Part shown: positions 17,853 through 27,726 of the stretch, piece by piece
How the letters are laid out: each line of letters starts with the position of its first letter
Numbering within the stretch: position 1 is the first letter of the stretch
Assembly: GCA_964537795.1 (NCBI GenBank)
Contig: CAZICR010000001.1
Coordinates: forward strand, 1-40,488
Length of the DNA: 40,488 bases
Direction: 5' to 3'
Origin: an uncultured Cellvibrionaceae bacterium
GTDB lineage: Bacteria; Pseudomonadota; Gammaproteobacteria; Pseudomonadales; Cellvibrionaceae
Translations under genes and position numbers: made by a program
Notes under the pieces: model-generated
Databases searched by the model: none
Seen by the model: the letters and a program-made list of their open reading frames with translations, nothing else
Told to the model about the DNA's origin: nothing

Positions 17853-19505
17853 CTACTGAAGGCAGAGCAACAGTTGTTGCTCCGCAGTTATAAATTTAAC
17901 CAACAACATTTTATTCGGTACACTGACTCCAAACCCCGGAAACCATTGACTGTCGCTCACCACAACTGGTGCCGAACTGGTCAGCTTGATTGGTTCTGCA
18001 GTTGGCAAGATCAACAACAACTCAGTTGGCGTTAGCTGCTGTACCTCCACTTTTGGATGTAAAAACCAACGTGCCTCTGCACTGTCAAAAGCCCCTGTTA
18101 ACTGGTCAATAATCTGCAAGCTAGTAGCGGTTGCGTTGACTGTCCGTAAATGAGTCACCGGATGTTTTAACCTGTGATAACCATCATGGCAAGCACGAAT
18201 ATTGACCTCTTGCTCATTCTGATTGGCATTCAATAACTTAGCATAAGCGCGCCGCGCCACCCGAAAACCACTCCAAACCTCGGAAGAGTCCAGTCCGTTA
18301 ACCAGCACTGTGTTATGCGCACAAGTCTGCCGCTGATAAAGCCGCTCAGCACTGACGCCATATAAAGAAGTGCCGGAATTCACCAAGACACGTTGTAAGC
18401 CAACCGACCACTCCAGACTTAAGGTATCGGCATGGGCATGACCAGGTAAATAATCTGGCCCCACCGCCGCATGGTCCAGAATCAACATATGGCGGGGAAA
18501 ACGAACACGGCTATAACCGCTTGCTGGCAGTGTTGTTAACTGCGTTGTGGGTTCAGTAATCGCTGGCAAGCCCAGTTGTTGCGCATACTGACTCAATTGC
18601 ATTGGTGTGGCAGCAATGCCAAAAGTGCTGTCATTAAAAAAGCTGACTTGTTGATCAGGATGGATCATAGCACCAAGCCAATGCAGGGCTGTTGTTGCCA
18701 CCTCAGACCAGACTGGCAGTTGCGCTGCCAAACTTGGGTTGGCAGTGATCTGGGCTAACTGAATTAAGTCCAGCAGATCCCACAGCAGAATACAGTGATA
18801 CATAGGCGTTAGTTCAAAATGACCGCCATCTTGCAAAAACTGTTCAGGAATTTCCCGCGCCAGCAACTGCAAACCCAGTTGCAAATAACGTTCTGCCGCC
18901 GGGCCTTGTAAAAAGCAGCCGACAAACACCAGCGCTTTGGCATTGGCAAACAAGTGATTGCCCAGAATATGAAATTCCAGCTGTTTACTGAGCGCTTCAG
19001 CCTGGCGGGCAATACTTTGCACTATAGCTGCATCGTCAATCGCACTGCGGCGATACCACTTTATCCAGTTCACCAACCGCAGGGATAGCGGATAAGGCTC
19101 CCAGCCGTTGCCCGCTACCGGCGGATTTTCTGCGATCCAGCGTTTTACCAGCGCTAACTGCCAACTGCAACGTGACAAGCTATCAATGGCATTTAAGTCA
19201 TCAAAATAATGCAGGTTATACAACCATAACTTGGCAAAAGCCGGATCATTCCAATCCGATGCTTGCCGGATAGTCGCTGGCAGATTTAAATAACAAACCT
19301 CAGCCTCGCCGCTCAGGCTTGGCGCCAGCACTTCCGGCCCCTGCCAGCACCAGGTCTCTGCACCGAGCAAATATTGCTCAGCAGATAAACGGCGTAGCGG
19401 CAGCAGCTTATAGCGCAAGCGATACCAAATTTGCTCAAAACGCAAAGGCCGAACGGTATGGTACAACCTGCTCAGTTTTTTTCGCTGTGTTGACATCAAA
19501 GGCAT
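17853..19505 (-). CDS. Heparinase II/III-like family protein
   Basis: LWLYNLHYFD, WEPYP.SLR, GNHLFAN, DGGHFE.TPMYH, GHAHAD and AHNTV motifs. Confidence 0.88.
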   Translation of the reverse strand: MPLMSTQRKKLSRLYHTVRPLRFEQIWYRLRYKLLPLRRLSAEQYLLGAETWCWQGPEVLAPSLSGEAEVCYLNLPATIRQASDWNDPAFAKLWLYNLHYFDDLNAIDSLSRCSWQLALVKRWIAENPPVAGNGWEPYPLSLRLVNWIKWYRRSAIDDAAIVQSIARQAEALSKQLEFHILGNHLFANAKALVFVGCFLQGPAAERYLQLGLQLLAREIPEQFLQDGGHFELTPMYHCILLWDLLDLIQLAQITANPSLAAQLPVWSEVATTALHWLGAMIHPDQQVSFFNDSTFGIAATPMQLSQYAQQLGLPAITEPTTQLTTLPASGYSRVRFPRHMLILDHAAVGPDYLPGHAHADTLSLEWSVGLQRVLVNSGTSLYGVSAERLYQRQTCAHNTVLVNGLDSSEVWSGFRVARRAYAKLLNANQNEQEVNIRACHDGYHRLKHPVTHLRTVNATATSLQIIDQLTGAFDSAEARWFLHPKVEVQQLTPTELLLILPTAEPIKLTSSAPVVVSDSQWFPGFGVSVPNKMLLVKFITAEQQLLLCLQ

Positions 19506-19508
19506 AGC

Positions 19509-21641
19509 TCAGCCCTGCTGACTACGCAGCAACTGTGCAATTTCAATGGAAACCCTTGCTACTTCAAAAACTTCTGCCACCGGAATGGGCGCTGCTTTAC
19601 CTTGCTGTATCGCTGACAAAAACGCAGCGCAACAAGCAGCCTGCCCCTTGTCTTGTCGCCATAGATTCATTTTGCTAAAACCAGGCCAACCATAGCCGGT
19701 TAATTTGCGGAAGTTATCCAGCTGTAATACCCGACCAGCGGCAAAAATTTCAATCCGCTCTTTTGGCAGACTCGCCGCACCATTGGCGAAATAGTGAATA
19801 GTGCCAAAAGAACCATCGGCAAAACCCAGCATAATGGCCGCTTTATCTTCGGTGATGGCTTGATGCGGGTTATCTCCCATCCGGCGCGCCTGCACCGATA
19901 CAATTTCACTACCCGCCAGATAACGCATCAAATCAATAAAGTGACAAGCTTCACCGATAATGCGGCCACCACCAACCTGCGGATCCTGCGTCCAGTGATC
20001 AGCAGGAATGGCTCCGGCATTCATCGTCATAATAAATGACTTAGGTTCCTGCACTGGTGCCAGCAAAGCCTTCATTTTTTGCACTTGCGGCGAAAAACGA
20101 CGGTTAAAACCAACCATCAATAAGTTTTTACCTGCATTTTGCTGATACGCCTGTTCCACTTCAGCCAGCTCTGCAAGGGTAATTGCCAGTGGTTTTTCCA
20201 CAAACACATGTTTACCAGCAGCCAGCGCTTTGGCAACAAAACGGGCATGACTATTGTGCTGGGTCACCACCACCACGGTATTTAAGGCCGGGTTATTGAT
20301 CAGGGCATCGGTATCTGTGGTGGCTTCGGCAAAACCACCTTTACTACCATGGATCACGCCATTAATACCACCGGAGGTACTGATACTGTGCAACTGTGCG
20401 CCTGCAGCCTTAAAAGCTGGTATCAACACCCTGGCGGCATAATTGCCGGCACCCACAAAACCTAACGCTGGCTGTTGCGAGTCAAAGCTAGATTGCTGCA
20501 ACGTCACAGTACGGACATGGCGCGGCGCGGTATCCCCCGGATATTGCAGTAAAATACCCAGCGCTGTTTTATCGTCTGTCAGCACCTGATAAGCCGCAGG
20601 CGCCTCCTCAAACAAGAATTTATGCGTGATTAAAGCTTCTACATTCAAAGCACCGGCAGCAAGCATATCGAGCACAGCTTCGAAGTTGCGCTGTTCAGTC
20701 CAACGGACAAAGGGTAAAGGATAATCTACGCCTTGCTGCTCGTACTCAGGCTCGTAACGACCTGGCCCGTAAGAGCAAGACACCTGAAAGCTCAGTTCTT
20801 TTTCATAAAAATCAGCGCGATTTAATTCAAGACCGGTGACACCAACCAGAATAATACGGCCACGTTTGCGGCTCATCCGTGCCGCTTGTGTTACCGGATC
20901 ATTTGATTTGGTGGAGGCAGTAATAATCACCGCATCGACGCCATGGCCCCGACTAAAGGCCAAGCCAGCAGCAACCGGATCTTCACCGAGGCCAGGATTA
21001 CAAATTTCGGCACCAAAACTTTGCGCCAGCGCTAATTTACGCTGGTCAAAATCAATCGCCAGCACCCGGCAACCTTGCGCTTTTAACAGCTGTACAGTTA
21101 ACAGACCAATTAAACCAACGCCGGTCACGACCACGGCTTCACCTAAGGTCGGCGCCGCTAAACGGATCCCCTGCAAACCTATACTGGCAACTACGGTAAA
21201 AGCGGCAGTTTCGTCAGACACATTGGCTGGAATTTTGGCACAAAGATTCTTTGGCACCCTCACCACATCGGCATGCGGACCGTTGGATAATACCCGATCG
21301 CCCACTTTGAACTGTTGCACACCATGACCAACGGCAGCCACCACCCCAACATTGCAATAACCAAGTGGCAATGGCTGGCCTAATTTAGAACGCACCGCAT
21401 CCAGTGTCGTTAATAAACCATCCGTTTGCACCTTCTCCAGCACCATCTTGACCTTTTCCGGCTGTTGCCGCGCCTTGTCCAGCAGTGAAGCCTTGCCAAA
21501 ATCTACCAGCATCCGCTCCGTACCCGCTGAAATCAGGCTGATGCGGGTATCGATTAATAACTGGCCAGAAGAAACCGCCGGCGCCGGTGCTTGCACCACT
21601 GAAGTACCGCCTTTGGCGAGGTCCTGAAGAATTTGTTTCAT
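19509..21641 (-). CDS. Bi-domain oxidoreductase (MDR/alcohol dehydrogenase-like fused to Gfo/Idh/MocA)
   Basis: SLISAGTE, G.GLIG and SCSYGPGRY in the N-domain; VGAGNY, FVEKP, GFNRRF and GEACHFID in the C-domain. Confidence 0.9.
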   Translation of the reverse strand: MKQILQDLAKGGTSVVQAPAPAVSSGQLLIDTRISLISAGTERMLVDFGKASLLDKARQQPEKVKMVLEKVQTDGLLTTLDAVRSKLGQPLPLGYCNVGVVAAVGHGVQQFKVGDRVLSNGPHADVVRVPKNLCAKIPANVSDETAAFTVVASIGLQGIRLAAPTLGEAVVVTGVGLIGLLTVQLLKAQGCRVLAIDFDQRKLALAQSFGAEICNPGLGEDPVAAGLAFSRGHGVDAVIITASTKSNDPVTQAARMSRKRGRIILVGVTGLELNRADFYEKELSFQVSCSYGPGRYEPEYEQQGVDYPLPFVRWTEQRNFEAVLDMLAAGALNVEALITHKFLFEEAPAAYQVLTDDKTALGILLQYPGDTAPRHVRTVTLQQSSFDSQQPALGFVGAGNYAARVLIPAFKAAGAQLHSISTSGGINGVIHGSKGGFAEATTDTDALINNPALNTVVVVTQHNSHARFVAKALAAGKHVFVEKPLAITLAELAEVEQAYQQNAGKNLLMVGFNRRFSPQVQKMKALLAPVQEPKSFIMTMNAGAIPADHWTQDPQVGGGRIIGEACHFIDLMRYLAGSEIVSVQARRMGDNPHQAITEDKAAIMLGFADGSFGTIHYFANGAASLPKERIEIFAAGRVLQLDNFRKLTGYGWPGFSKMNLWRQDKGQAACCAAFLSAIQQGKAAPIPVAEVFEVARVSIEIAQLLRSQQG

Positions 21642-21670
21642 TGATTATCCTGCAAAAAATAAAGCTGCAC

Positions 21671-22438
21671 TTAGCCCCTGCGGGTCAGTGCTTTTTTTTC
21701 GTCAACCGAAGGGTAATTGATTAACACCGCTTTGTAGACGCCTTTAAATACAAAGAGGCTACCAGCTGCAACACCAATTATTTTATGTTCATCAATTACT
21801 TGTCTGATATGCTCTAGTGAACCAGCGCCACCGAGTACTGTCAGAGGAATACTAATAGCATCACGCACCAAGCGGATAAGTTTTTGGTCAAAGCCTGCCA
21901 TTTTGCCATCGTTATCAATCGAGTTAATCACGATTTCACCAGCACCCAACCGCTCTGCTTCTTTTGCTAAAGCGACCAAATCGCCTTTAATTTTTTTACC
22001 GCCGTTGTACAAATAGACTTCGTAATTACCAAACAAAGTTTTACGAACATCAAACACCACTACCACACTTTGGCGTCCAATTGCCTGCGCAATCTCGGTA
22101 ATCAGTTGCGGGTTTTCTATAGCAGCCGAGCTTAATGCAACTTTTTCCACGCCCAGGTTGCTGATACGAACTGCCTGCTCAACTGATTTGATGCCACCGC
22201 CATAGCAAAATGGCATCCGGCATTCACTGGCCAGATTTTCAATCATTTTATAATCCGGCTCACGTTGCTGACTGGATGCATCAATGTCGAGCACGATCAG
22301 CTCATCAACCAACTTTTCGTTGAAAATTTTTACCGCATTAATCGGATCGCCGACATATTTGGCATTTTTAAAGTTCACTGTTTTGACCAGTCCTTTATCG
22401 CGGACCAGTAAACAAGGAATAATTCGGGAACGAAGCAT
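21671..22438 (-). CDS. HisF-like cyclase subunit of polysaccharide amidination module (WbuZ/HisF2-like)
   Basis: RIIPCLL, YVGDPINAVKIFNEK.VDEL, YGGGI and SIDNDG motifs; polysaccharide context. Confidence 0.9.
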   Translation of the reverse strand: MLRSRIIPCLLVRDKGLVKTVNFKNAKYVGDPINAVKIFNEKLVDELIVLDIDASSQQREPDYKMIENLASECRMPFCYGGGIKSVEQAVRISNLGVEKVALSSAAIENPQLITEIAQAIGRQSVVVVFDVRKTLFGNYEVYLYNGGKKIKGDLVALAKEAERLGAGEIVINSIDNDGKMAGFDQKLIRLVRDAISIPLTVLGGAGSLEHIRQVIDEHKIIGVAAGSLFVFKGVYKAVLINYPSVDEKKALTRRG

Positions 22439-22440
22439 AA

Positions 22441-23055
22441 TTATAAATTCGCAAAATTTTTGAGCAGAGTAACACCATTCAGCAAACTCTTTTCGGGGTG
22501 AAACTGAAAACCATAGATGTTTTCACGATGAACAGCACAAGCAAATTCGCCCGCATAGTCGGCAACAGCTAACACATCTTCAGCGTGCTGAGAGCTAAAA
22601 TAATAAGAATGCAGAAAATAGAACCCATGCTCACAGTCGATATCAGCAAAAACGTCCAACTCTTTCTTCACACTGACCTCGTTCCAGCCCATATGCGGAA
22701 TAGTGGGTTTATGCTGCAGTTTTGTCACATCAAACTTTTTTACCTGACCGGCAATCCAGTTTAGCCCTGGTTGGGTACCTTCTTCACTGGAGCTAGCCAT
22801 CATTTGCATGCCAACACAGACGCCAAGTACCGGCACTTTTTTAGCTAACACCAACTCATCAAGCGCGGGCCGCATGCCTGAACTCGCTAATTGCGCCATT
22901 GCAAAATCAAATGCACCAACGCCGGGCAAAATAATTTTGGAGGCCTGACTTAATTCAGCTGCTGTTTTTGCTGCAATAAAAGGTATATTCAATTTTTTAT
23001 AAATATTGGCAAAGGCGCTGATATTGCCCAAGCCATAATCCACAATTGCAATCAA
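22441..23055 (-). CDS. HisH-like class I glutamine amidotransferase (WbuY/HisH2-like)
   Basis: DYGLGN, PGVGAF, catalytic GVCVGMQ and QFHPEKS; ATGA-type overlap with the upstream gene. Confidence 0.92.
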   Translation of the reverse strand: MIAIVDYGLGNISAFANIYKKLNIPFIAAKTAAELSQASKIILPGVGAFDFAMAQLASSGMRPALDELVLAKKVPVLGVCVGMQMMASSSEEGTQPGLNWIAGQVKKFDVTKLQHKPTIPHMGWNEVSVKKELDVFADIDCEHGFYFLHSYYFSSQHAEDVLAVADYAGEFACAVHRENIYGFQFHPEKSLLNGVTLLKNFANL

Positions 23056-24185
23056 CGTTTTCCACCTTTTTCTAAGCCGAACATCCGCATCACTTTGGCC
23101 CCTAACTCATAAATCCCTTGCTGATTTTTGTAATCCTTATAGGTTTTATTTGGAGCATCGAGGTAACTTTGCAGCTCTTGTACACTGATACCAAGCTTAG
23201 TGGCAATGTATTCAAACTCATGCGCTATTTGTTCTTCGTCATAAGCTGGCGATTTCAGCTTTTCTAACGCTTCTTCACGTGTCATCTGGCCTGTCAGGAT
23301 CAGGCTGGAATACTGTACTTTACGGGTGTCGTAACCAAATTTCTTCGGCAGCCAATAACCTTCATAAAACTTAGTAAAACGTGATTCAAAATGTTTTTGC
23401 GCGTAACGCTGATAACCATAGTTATCAACCAGGAACTGGGTCGCCTCTTCTTTGTGATAAGGCATAAAATCCAATGGCCGGATGAGTTTAATGCCACGGA
23501 TATAAGGCAAATAAACTTTGTGCCAAAGAATATTGGTCACCGGATAATTTTTCAGCGGACGTTGACCGAATTGCTGGTGAATATCGGTTAATTGGCGGGC
23601 GTCAGACTGATAATACATCCATTCCAGTGGGTTACGCACACATTCAGTGGAATAGTTACCGCCAGTCAGAATGTAATTCACCTTATATTTCGCCGCAAAT
23701 TTATACATAGTGGCAAAAAAGGCATGGTCCTGCGGACTGTCAATATGCGAAACACCTGACTTAAAAAATGCCAGTTGCAGATCTTTCATCTCTTCCCAGT
23801 CTATTACTTCGGTGTAGAGATCTAGTCCAAGTTTATCCACAATTTTTTCGATGTTATGCACTGCAGTTTGCGAATTCCAACCCGCATCGACATGGAATAC
23901 TAAAGGACGCAAACCAAGCTTTTCTTTCGCCAGATAGGTCAGATAAGAACTGTCAATACCACCACTCATGCCGATAATACAATCAAAATCTTTGCCTTTA
24001 CCGGCCGCTTTAATTTTTTCAGCAACCTGCTGGATTTCCACCCAACCTTTTTCATCCGGATGCCACTTAGGCTTAATATCGGTGAAAAAAGTATTACAGT
24101 GATCACAAACACCATGGCTATCAAAAGTTATTTTGCTATCGGTGGTGTCCATTACGCAGTTTGTACAAACTAAATTATCAAACAT
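23052..24185 (-). CDS. N-acetyl sugar amidotransferase (WbuX/WbpG-like PP-loop ATPase)
   Basis: C-x2-C...C-x2-C, SGGIDSS PP-loop, DAGWNS, KHFES and G.D.RK...S..I..GQMTREEAL. Confidence 0.9.
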   Translation of the reverse strand: MFDNLVCTNCVMDTTDSKITFDSHGVCDHCNTFFTDIKPKWHPDEKGWVEIQQVAEKIKAAGKGKDFDCIIGMSGGIDSSYLTYLAKEKLGLRPLVFHVDAGWNSQTAVHNIEKIVDKLGLDLYTEVIDWEEMKDLQLAFFKSGVSHIDSPQDHAFFATMYKFAAKYKVNYILTGGNYSTECVRNPLEWMYYQSDARQLTDIHQQFGQRPLKNYPVTNILWHKVYLPYIRGIKLIRPLDFMPYHKEEATQFLVDNYGYQRYAQKHFESRFTKFYEGYWLPKKFGYDTRKVQYSSLILTGQMTREEALEKLKSPAYDEEQIAHEFEYIATKLGISVQELQSYLDAPNKTYKDYKNQQGIYELGAKVMRMFGLEKGGKR

Positions 24186-24188
24186 AAC

Positions 24189-25289
24189 TCACCTATTAAA
24201 ATAATACTGAGCGCAGAAATTAGACACTGAGACATTTTCATCAAACATCTGTAGTGCTTCTGGCGAAGGAATATATGCATCTTTTGACATTTTCAAAGCC
24301 TTCTCATACGCTAGCTTTAACCAATCACCTTCTGACAGGTCAACAACAATAATCCTATTCAACATGCAATAAGGCAGAGACTTTATCCAATTTAGTTCTG
24401 TTACTGCTACGACTGCATTAGAAAAAATTGCTTCGTATACACTACGAGGTGAAGAGTCACTTGAAGGAATAGATACAGCTAAAACGCATTCAGAGAAAAT
24501 AGATATCATCCTATCTAGAGTTACTCGTCCGAAATCGTTTATATTCCTACCCTTATCAAGTAATAAAAAAGCATTCCTTTTGTAATCCAAATCAAAAAAA
24601 GGATAAATAACACTCAAAGGAATACTTGATTCGATCTGATTAAATGCTGAAAAAATAGCATTCGTTTGATATAAATCAGTTACACCTCGAAAAGATACGA
24701 CTCCAGCCTTTTCAGATGAAAAACTTCTAGTGCTAAGTATTTTATGCACATCAATACCATTTTGTATTACAACAGCTTTAACTCCTGACATTTTTTCTAT
24801 TTCATTTTTCATTAAAAGAGAGTCAACAGTAATAGCTTTTGCATATATCAGAGATTTAACAGCAAAAAATTTATAAATAGCAGATTTCTTTGGCCTAACT
24901 AAAATTTCACTACCTTGAGGCGTACCTATGACCTTTACTCTCGCTAACCATGCAAGCAAAATATAATACATTGTGTGCGCATGTATCGTTGCATGGAGCA
25001 TATTTGATTTTTTAAGCAGTGTTCTAAATTTGATAGCTTGAACAGGTAACATTAAAAATCTAAGAGCATTTCTCCACAAATTTGACATCTTTGAGACGGA
25101 CGAAAACATCAATGAATCGACATTGAAAAGTTCGATAACATTATCATTTGGTTGAATAAGTTTTTTGTAACCTTCACTTTCTATCATATCAGTTACAATA
25201 CAAAACTCTTCTGATTTAAAGTTTCGCTGGTAAGTTCGAACCCAATCGATGCTGTGGTAACATCTCCCGTTAATTAAAAAAACAATCAT
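24189..25289 (-). CDS. GT-B fold (GT4-like) glycosyltransferase
   Basis: IHAH, TPQGSE, IQNGID and SIPSSDSSPRSVYEA motifs. Confidence 0.75.
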   Translation of the reverse strand: MIVFLINGRCYHSIDWVRTYQRNFKSEEFCIVTDMIESEGYKKLIQPNDNVIELFNVDSLMFSSVSKMSNLWRNALRFLMLPVQAIKFRTLLKKSNMLHATIHAHTMYYILLAWLARVKVIGTPQGSEILVRPKKSAIYKFFAVKSLIYAKAITVDSLLMKNEIEKMSGVKAVVIQNGIDVHKILSTRSFSSEKAGVVSFRGVTDLYQTNAIFSAFNQIESSIPLSVIYPFFDLDYKRNAFLLLDKGRNINDFGRVTLDRMISIFSECVLAVSIPSSDSSPRSVYEAIFSNAVVAVTELNWIKSLPYCMLNRIIVVDLSEGDWLKLAYEKALKMSKDAYIPSPEALQMFDENVSVSNFCAQYYFNR

Positions 25290-25303
25290 ACTAAAATCCT
25301 AAG

Positions 25304-26344
25304 TTACTCCGAAAAAAAATATTGATCTATTAAATTCGGCCACATTAAAGAAGAAGAAATTTTCGAAAGTTTTTTATAATCATAAGATGCTAGCAACTCA
25401 AAGAAAACATCAAACTCAGGTAAAATTTCAAATGAGTTAATCAAGATTCCAATATTTTCATTCTGAACAAGTTCACTATAATCACCAACTCCTGTACTAA
25501 TTATTGGTATTACTCCAGCAACGACGTATTCGGAAAACTTAATTGGAGAAGCAACATTATTTGTAGGCTCGTTATTTCTGAGTAAAAAACCAAAATCATA
25601 TGCTGAAAGTTCAGAAACAACATCAGCTTGCGCCAATTTCTTAAATTCAACTAAATCGCTTCTCAATCCGGCTGCCGAAGTAATTTCACGAGCTTTATCA
25701 ACATCTAACGTGAAAACTGTAAAACTGAATGAATGTTCTAAATCCTGGTAAGTACGCATAATGTTACAAACAGAATCGAAGCATTGCCATTCACTTAAAC
25801 CACCGGAGTATACGAATTTAATTAAATTGCTTTTTCGCTGCACCTTTTTAATAGAGCTTTGAAAAGGCGCAACTCCACAAGGAATTACTTTTACCAATCG
25901 CTCTCCATAATGTTCCGTTAGGTAGCGCTTCATTTTATTTGAAACACAATGAACACGATCTGCAGCGTTAAATACAAAAAACTCTAGTCCGAAACAAATA
26001 TTCTGCTTAAATTTTGAACGACCTTTGGTTTTTAACTCGTAAGGAAGTATACCCCGAAAATCGAATGTTATTTTCCATTTAGAAAAAAATAATTTTTTGA
26101 GTAAGAAAATTTTAATGAAATCAAAAACACAGCGGACATATACATTCTCAACTCGAGCTTTATTTTTAAAGAAAAATGAGATGAATGAATCGGCTCTTAT
26201 TGAATAACGATAACACGAAGCATCGTATTCAAACTCGTTAAGAATTAAAACATAATTATCCCCTTCAAGGTTCATTACAATTGGGAAAACCTGTGACTCT
26301 ATGATCTGTTTTTTATCAGTTTTCGATGCTATAAAAATGTTCAA
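25304..26344 (-). CDS. GT4-like glycosyltransferase
   Basis: DFRG..P.E, VSNKMK, YSGGLSEWQ and ASPIKFSEYV.AG motifs; TTGA overlap with wzy stop. Confidence 0.8.
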   Translation of the reverse strand: MNIFIASKTDKKQIIESQVFPIVMNLEGDNYVLILNEFEYDASCYRYSIRADSFISFFFKNKARVENVYVRCVFDFIKIFLLKKLFFSKWKITFDFRGILPYELKTKGRSKFKQNICFGLEFFVFNAADRVHCVSNKMKRYLTEHYGERLVKVIPCGVAPFQSSIKKVQRKSNLIKFVYSGGLSEWQCFDSVCNIMRTYQDLEHSFSFTVFTLDVDKAREITSAAGLRSDLVEFKKLAQADVVSELSAYDFGFLLRNNEPTNNVASPIKFSEYVVAGVIPIISTGVGDYSELVQNENIGILINSFEILPEFDVFFELLASYDYKKLSKISSSLMWPNLIDQYFFSE

Positions 26345-27720
26345 GTCAAACCCCTTACAAACGATAATGCATATGCAACGTTAATGAAAACCATAAAAAT
26401 TATCACAAAAAGCGAAACTCTATAATTAAAACCCTTTGCCTGGATAAAAATTAAAGCAAACAATTGGTAAATAAGATCCACTTTAGAATTCCTACCTCCA
26501 AGAAATTTGACTCCATAGACAAGAACTGTTGAAAAACAAATTGAAAGTGTTAAAACATCAGTGATATAAAAATTTCTGCGTATCCTGATAATAAAGTTCC
26601 ATAACGCGCCCACAAACAATGGTAAAATTAAAAAGTTATACAAAAAAGCAGCGATCACCTCAAGAAAATCAATTTCAAAACCCTTGTAAAAGTTATATTG
26701 TTTTGAATCAAAAAAAATGGTCACATATGAAGTAAAAATCGGGGTTATCAAAAACTTAGCACTACCTAAAACCAGGCGCTCAAAGAAAATTGCTGCAAGA
26801 TTCAGAATGTCAATCTCACCAGAATAGAGCTCACTCTCAGAAACTATGAGTGAATCAGCTCCATCTAATGCAGACAAGTCATCCTCGCTTAGCATTAATA
26901 AACGCCTGAACGAACCAATAACTACATCTTCAAAGAAAAATAGCGAAAGAACTGAAAATACAGCTAATAAGGATAGAAGGTAAAATATTTTTTTTCTAGA
27001 CCATAAGTTAACCAAGCAAAATAGAGACACTGAAAATAAATATATATATACGTAAAAAGATCTTAACTTGAACAATATAAGAACAAGAAATAGTAAGAAA
27101 AATGCATTAATGATATTTACTCTATTCAAGAAATAATTAGTAAAGAAAACAACATACACCAAGACAAAAAGAACCAAGGTATCCCTCAAAAAAGATACTG
27201 GAACAAAATAAGAAATAGGAAAAAAAAGAATCACAACTGCAAGAAAATAGCTCATATCAGTCAAAGGAAAAATTTCATGTTCAGTTGATATTCTAAAACT
27301 ACCAATAATTAGGAATGCAGCAGCAAAGTATATAACTAAGTTTTGTAGCACAATGAAAAATGAGCTGTATTCATTTACCCCAAATAAATAAGAGTAAGGA
27401 AAATACAATAGAATATGTACAATCTTTCCTTCTTCAAAATATGTGCTGAATAACTGACCATCGGCACCATTACTCAAGAAATCACTCAATACTAATTGGA
27501 AAGCTGCTGAATCTGAGCCATAAGAAAAAATTAAAAAATCGTTAAAACTAGAAGAGTTGTAATAATAATAAAACGCAAAAACAAGATGTGAAAAAATACT
27601 GACTACCAGTACTTTCACATCAATAATGTATATAACTTTTTTGTAATTGCTCGTTAAAGCATAAAAAGCGATCGAGTTTAAAAAAATAAAAACAAAAAAC
27701 GCAAGATATGCCAAGTTCAA
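26341..27720 (-). CDS. wzy: Putative O-unit polymerase Wzy
   Basis: Highly hydrophobic with about 10 or more TM segments and a periplasmic loop; very low GC; lies among GTs and wzx; start may be the second TTG at 27714. Confidence 0.65.
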   Translation of the reverse strand: MNLAYLAFFVFIFLNSIAFYALTSNYKKVIYIIDVKVLVVSIFSHLVFAFYYYYNSSSFNDFLIFSYGSDSAAFQLVLSDFLSNGADGQLFSTYFEEGKIVHILLYFPYSYLFGVNEYSSFFIVLQNLVIYFAAAFLIIGSFRISTEHEIFPLTDMSYFLAVVILFFPISYFVPVSFLRDTLVLFVLVYVVFFTNYFLNRVNIINAFFLLFLVLILFKLRSFYVYIYLFSVSLFCLVNLWSRKKIFYLLSLLAVFSVLSLFFFEDVVIGSFRRLLMLSEDDLSALDGADSLIVSESELYSGEIDILNLAAIFFERLVLGSAKFLITPIFTSYVTIFFDSKQYNFYKGFEIDFLEVIAAFLYNFLILPLFVGALWNFIIRIRRNFYITDVLTLSICFSTVLVYGVKFLGGRNSKVDLIYQLFALIFIQAKGFNYRVSLFVIIFMVFINVAYALSFVRGLT

Positions 27721-27726
27721 CCTCCA

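Noticed and set aside
20836-21327. Longer antisense ORFs within the oxidoreductase, transferase and OPX genes
   Set aside because: Shadow frames of well-supported minus-strand genes.
21671-23055. Histidine biosynthesis hisF/hisH
   Set aside because: No other his genes are present; coupling to a WbuX-like gene marks them as polysaccharide paralogues.
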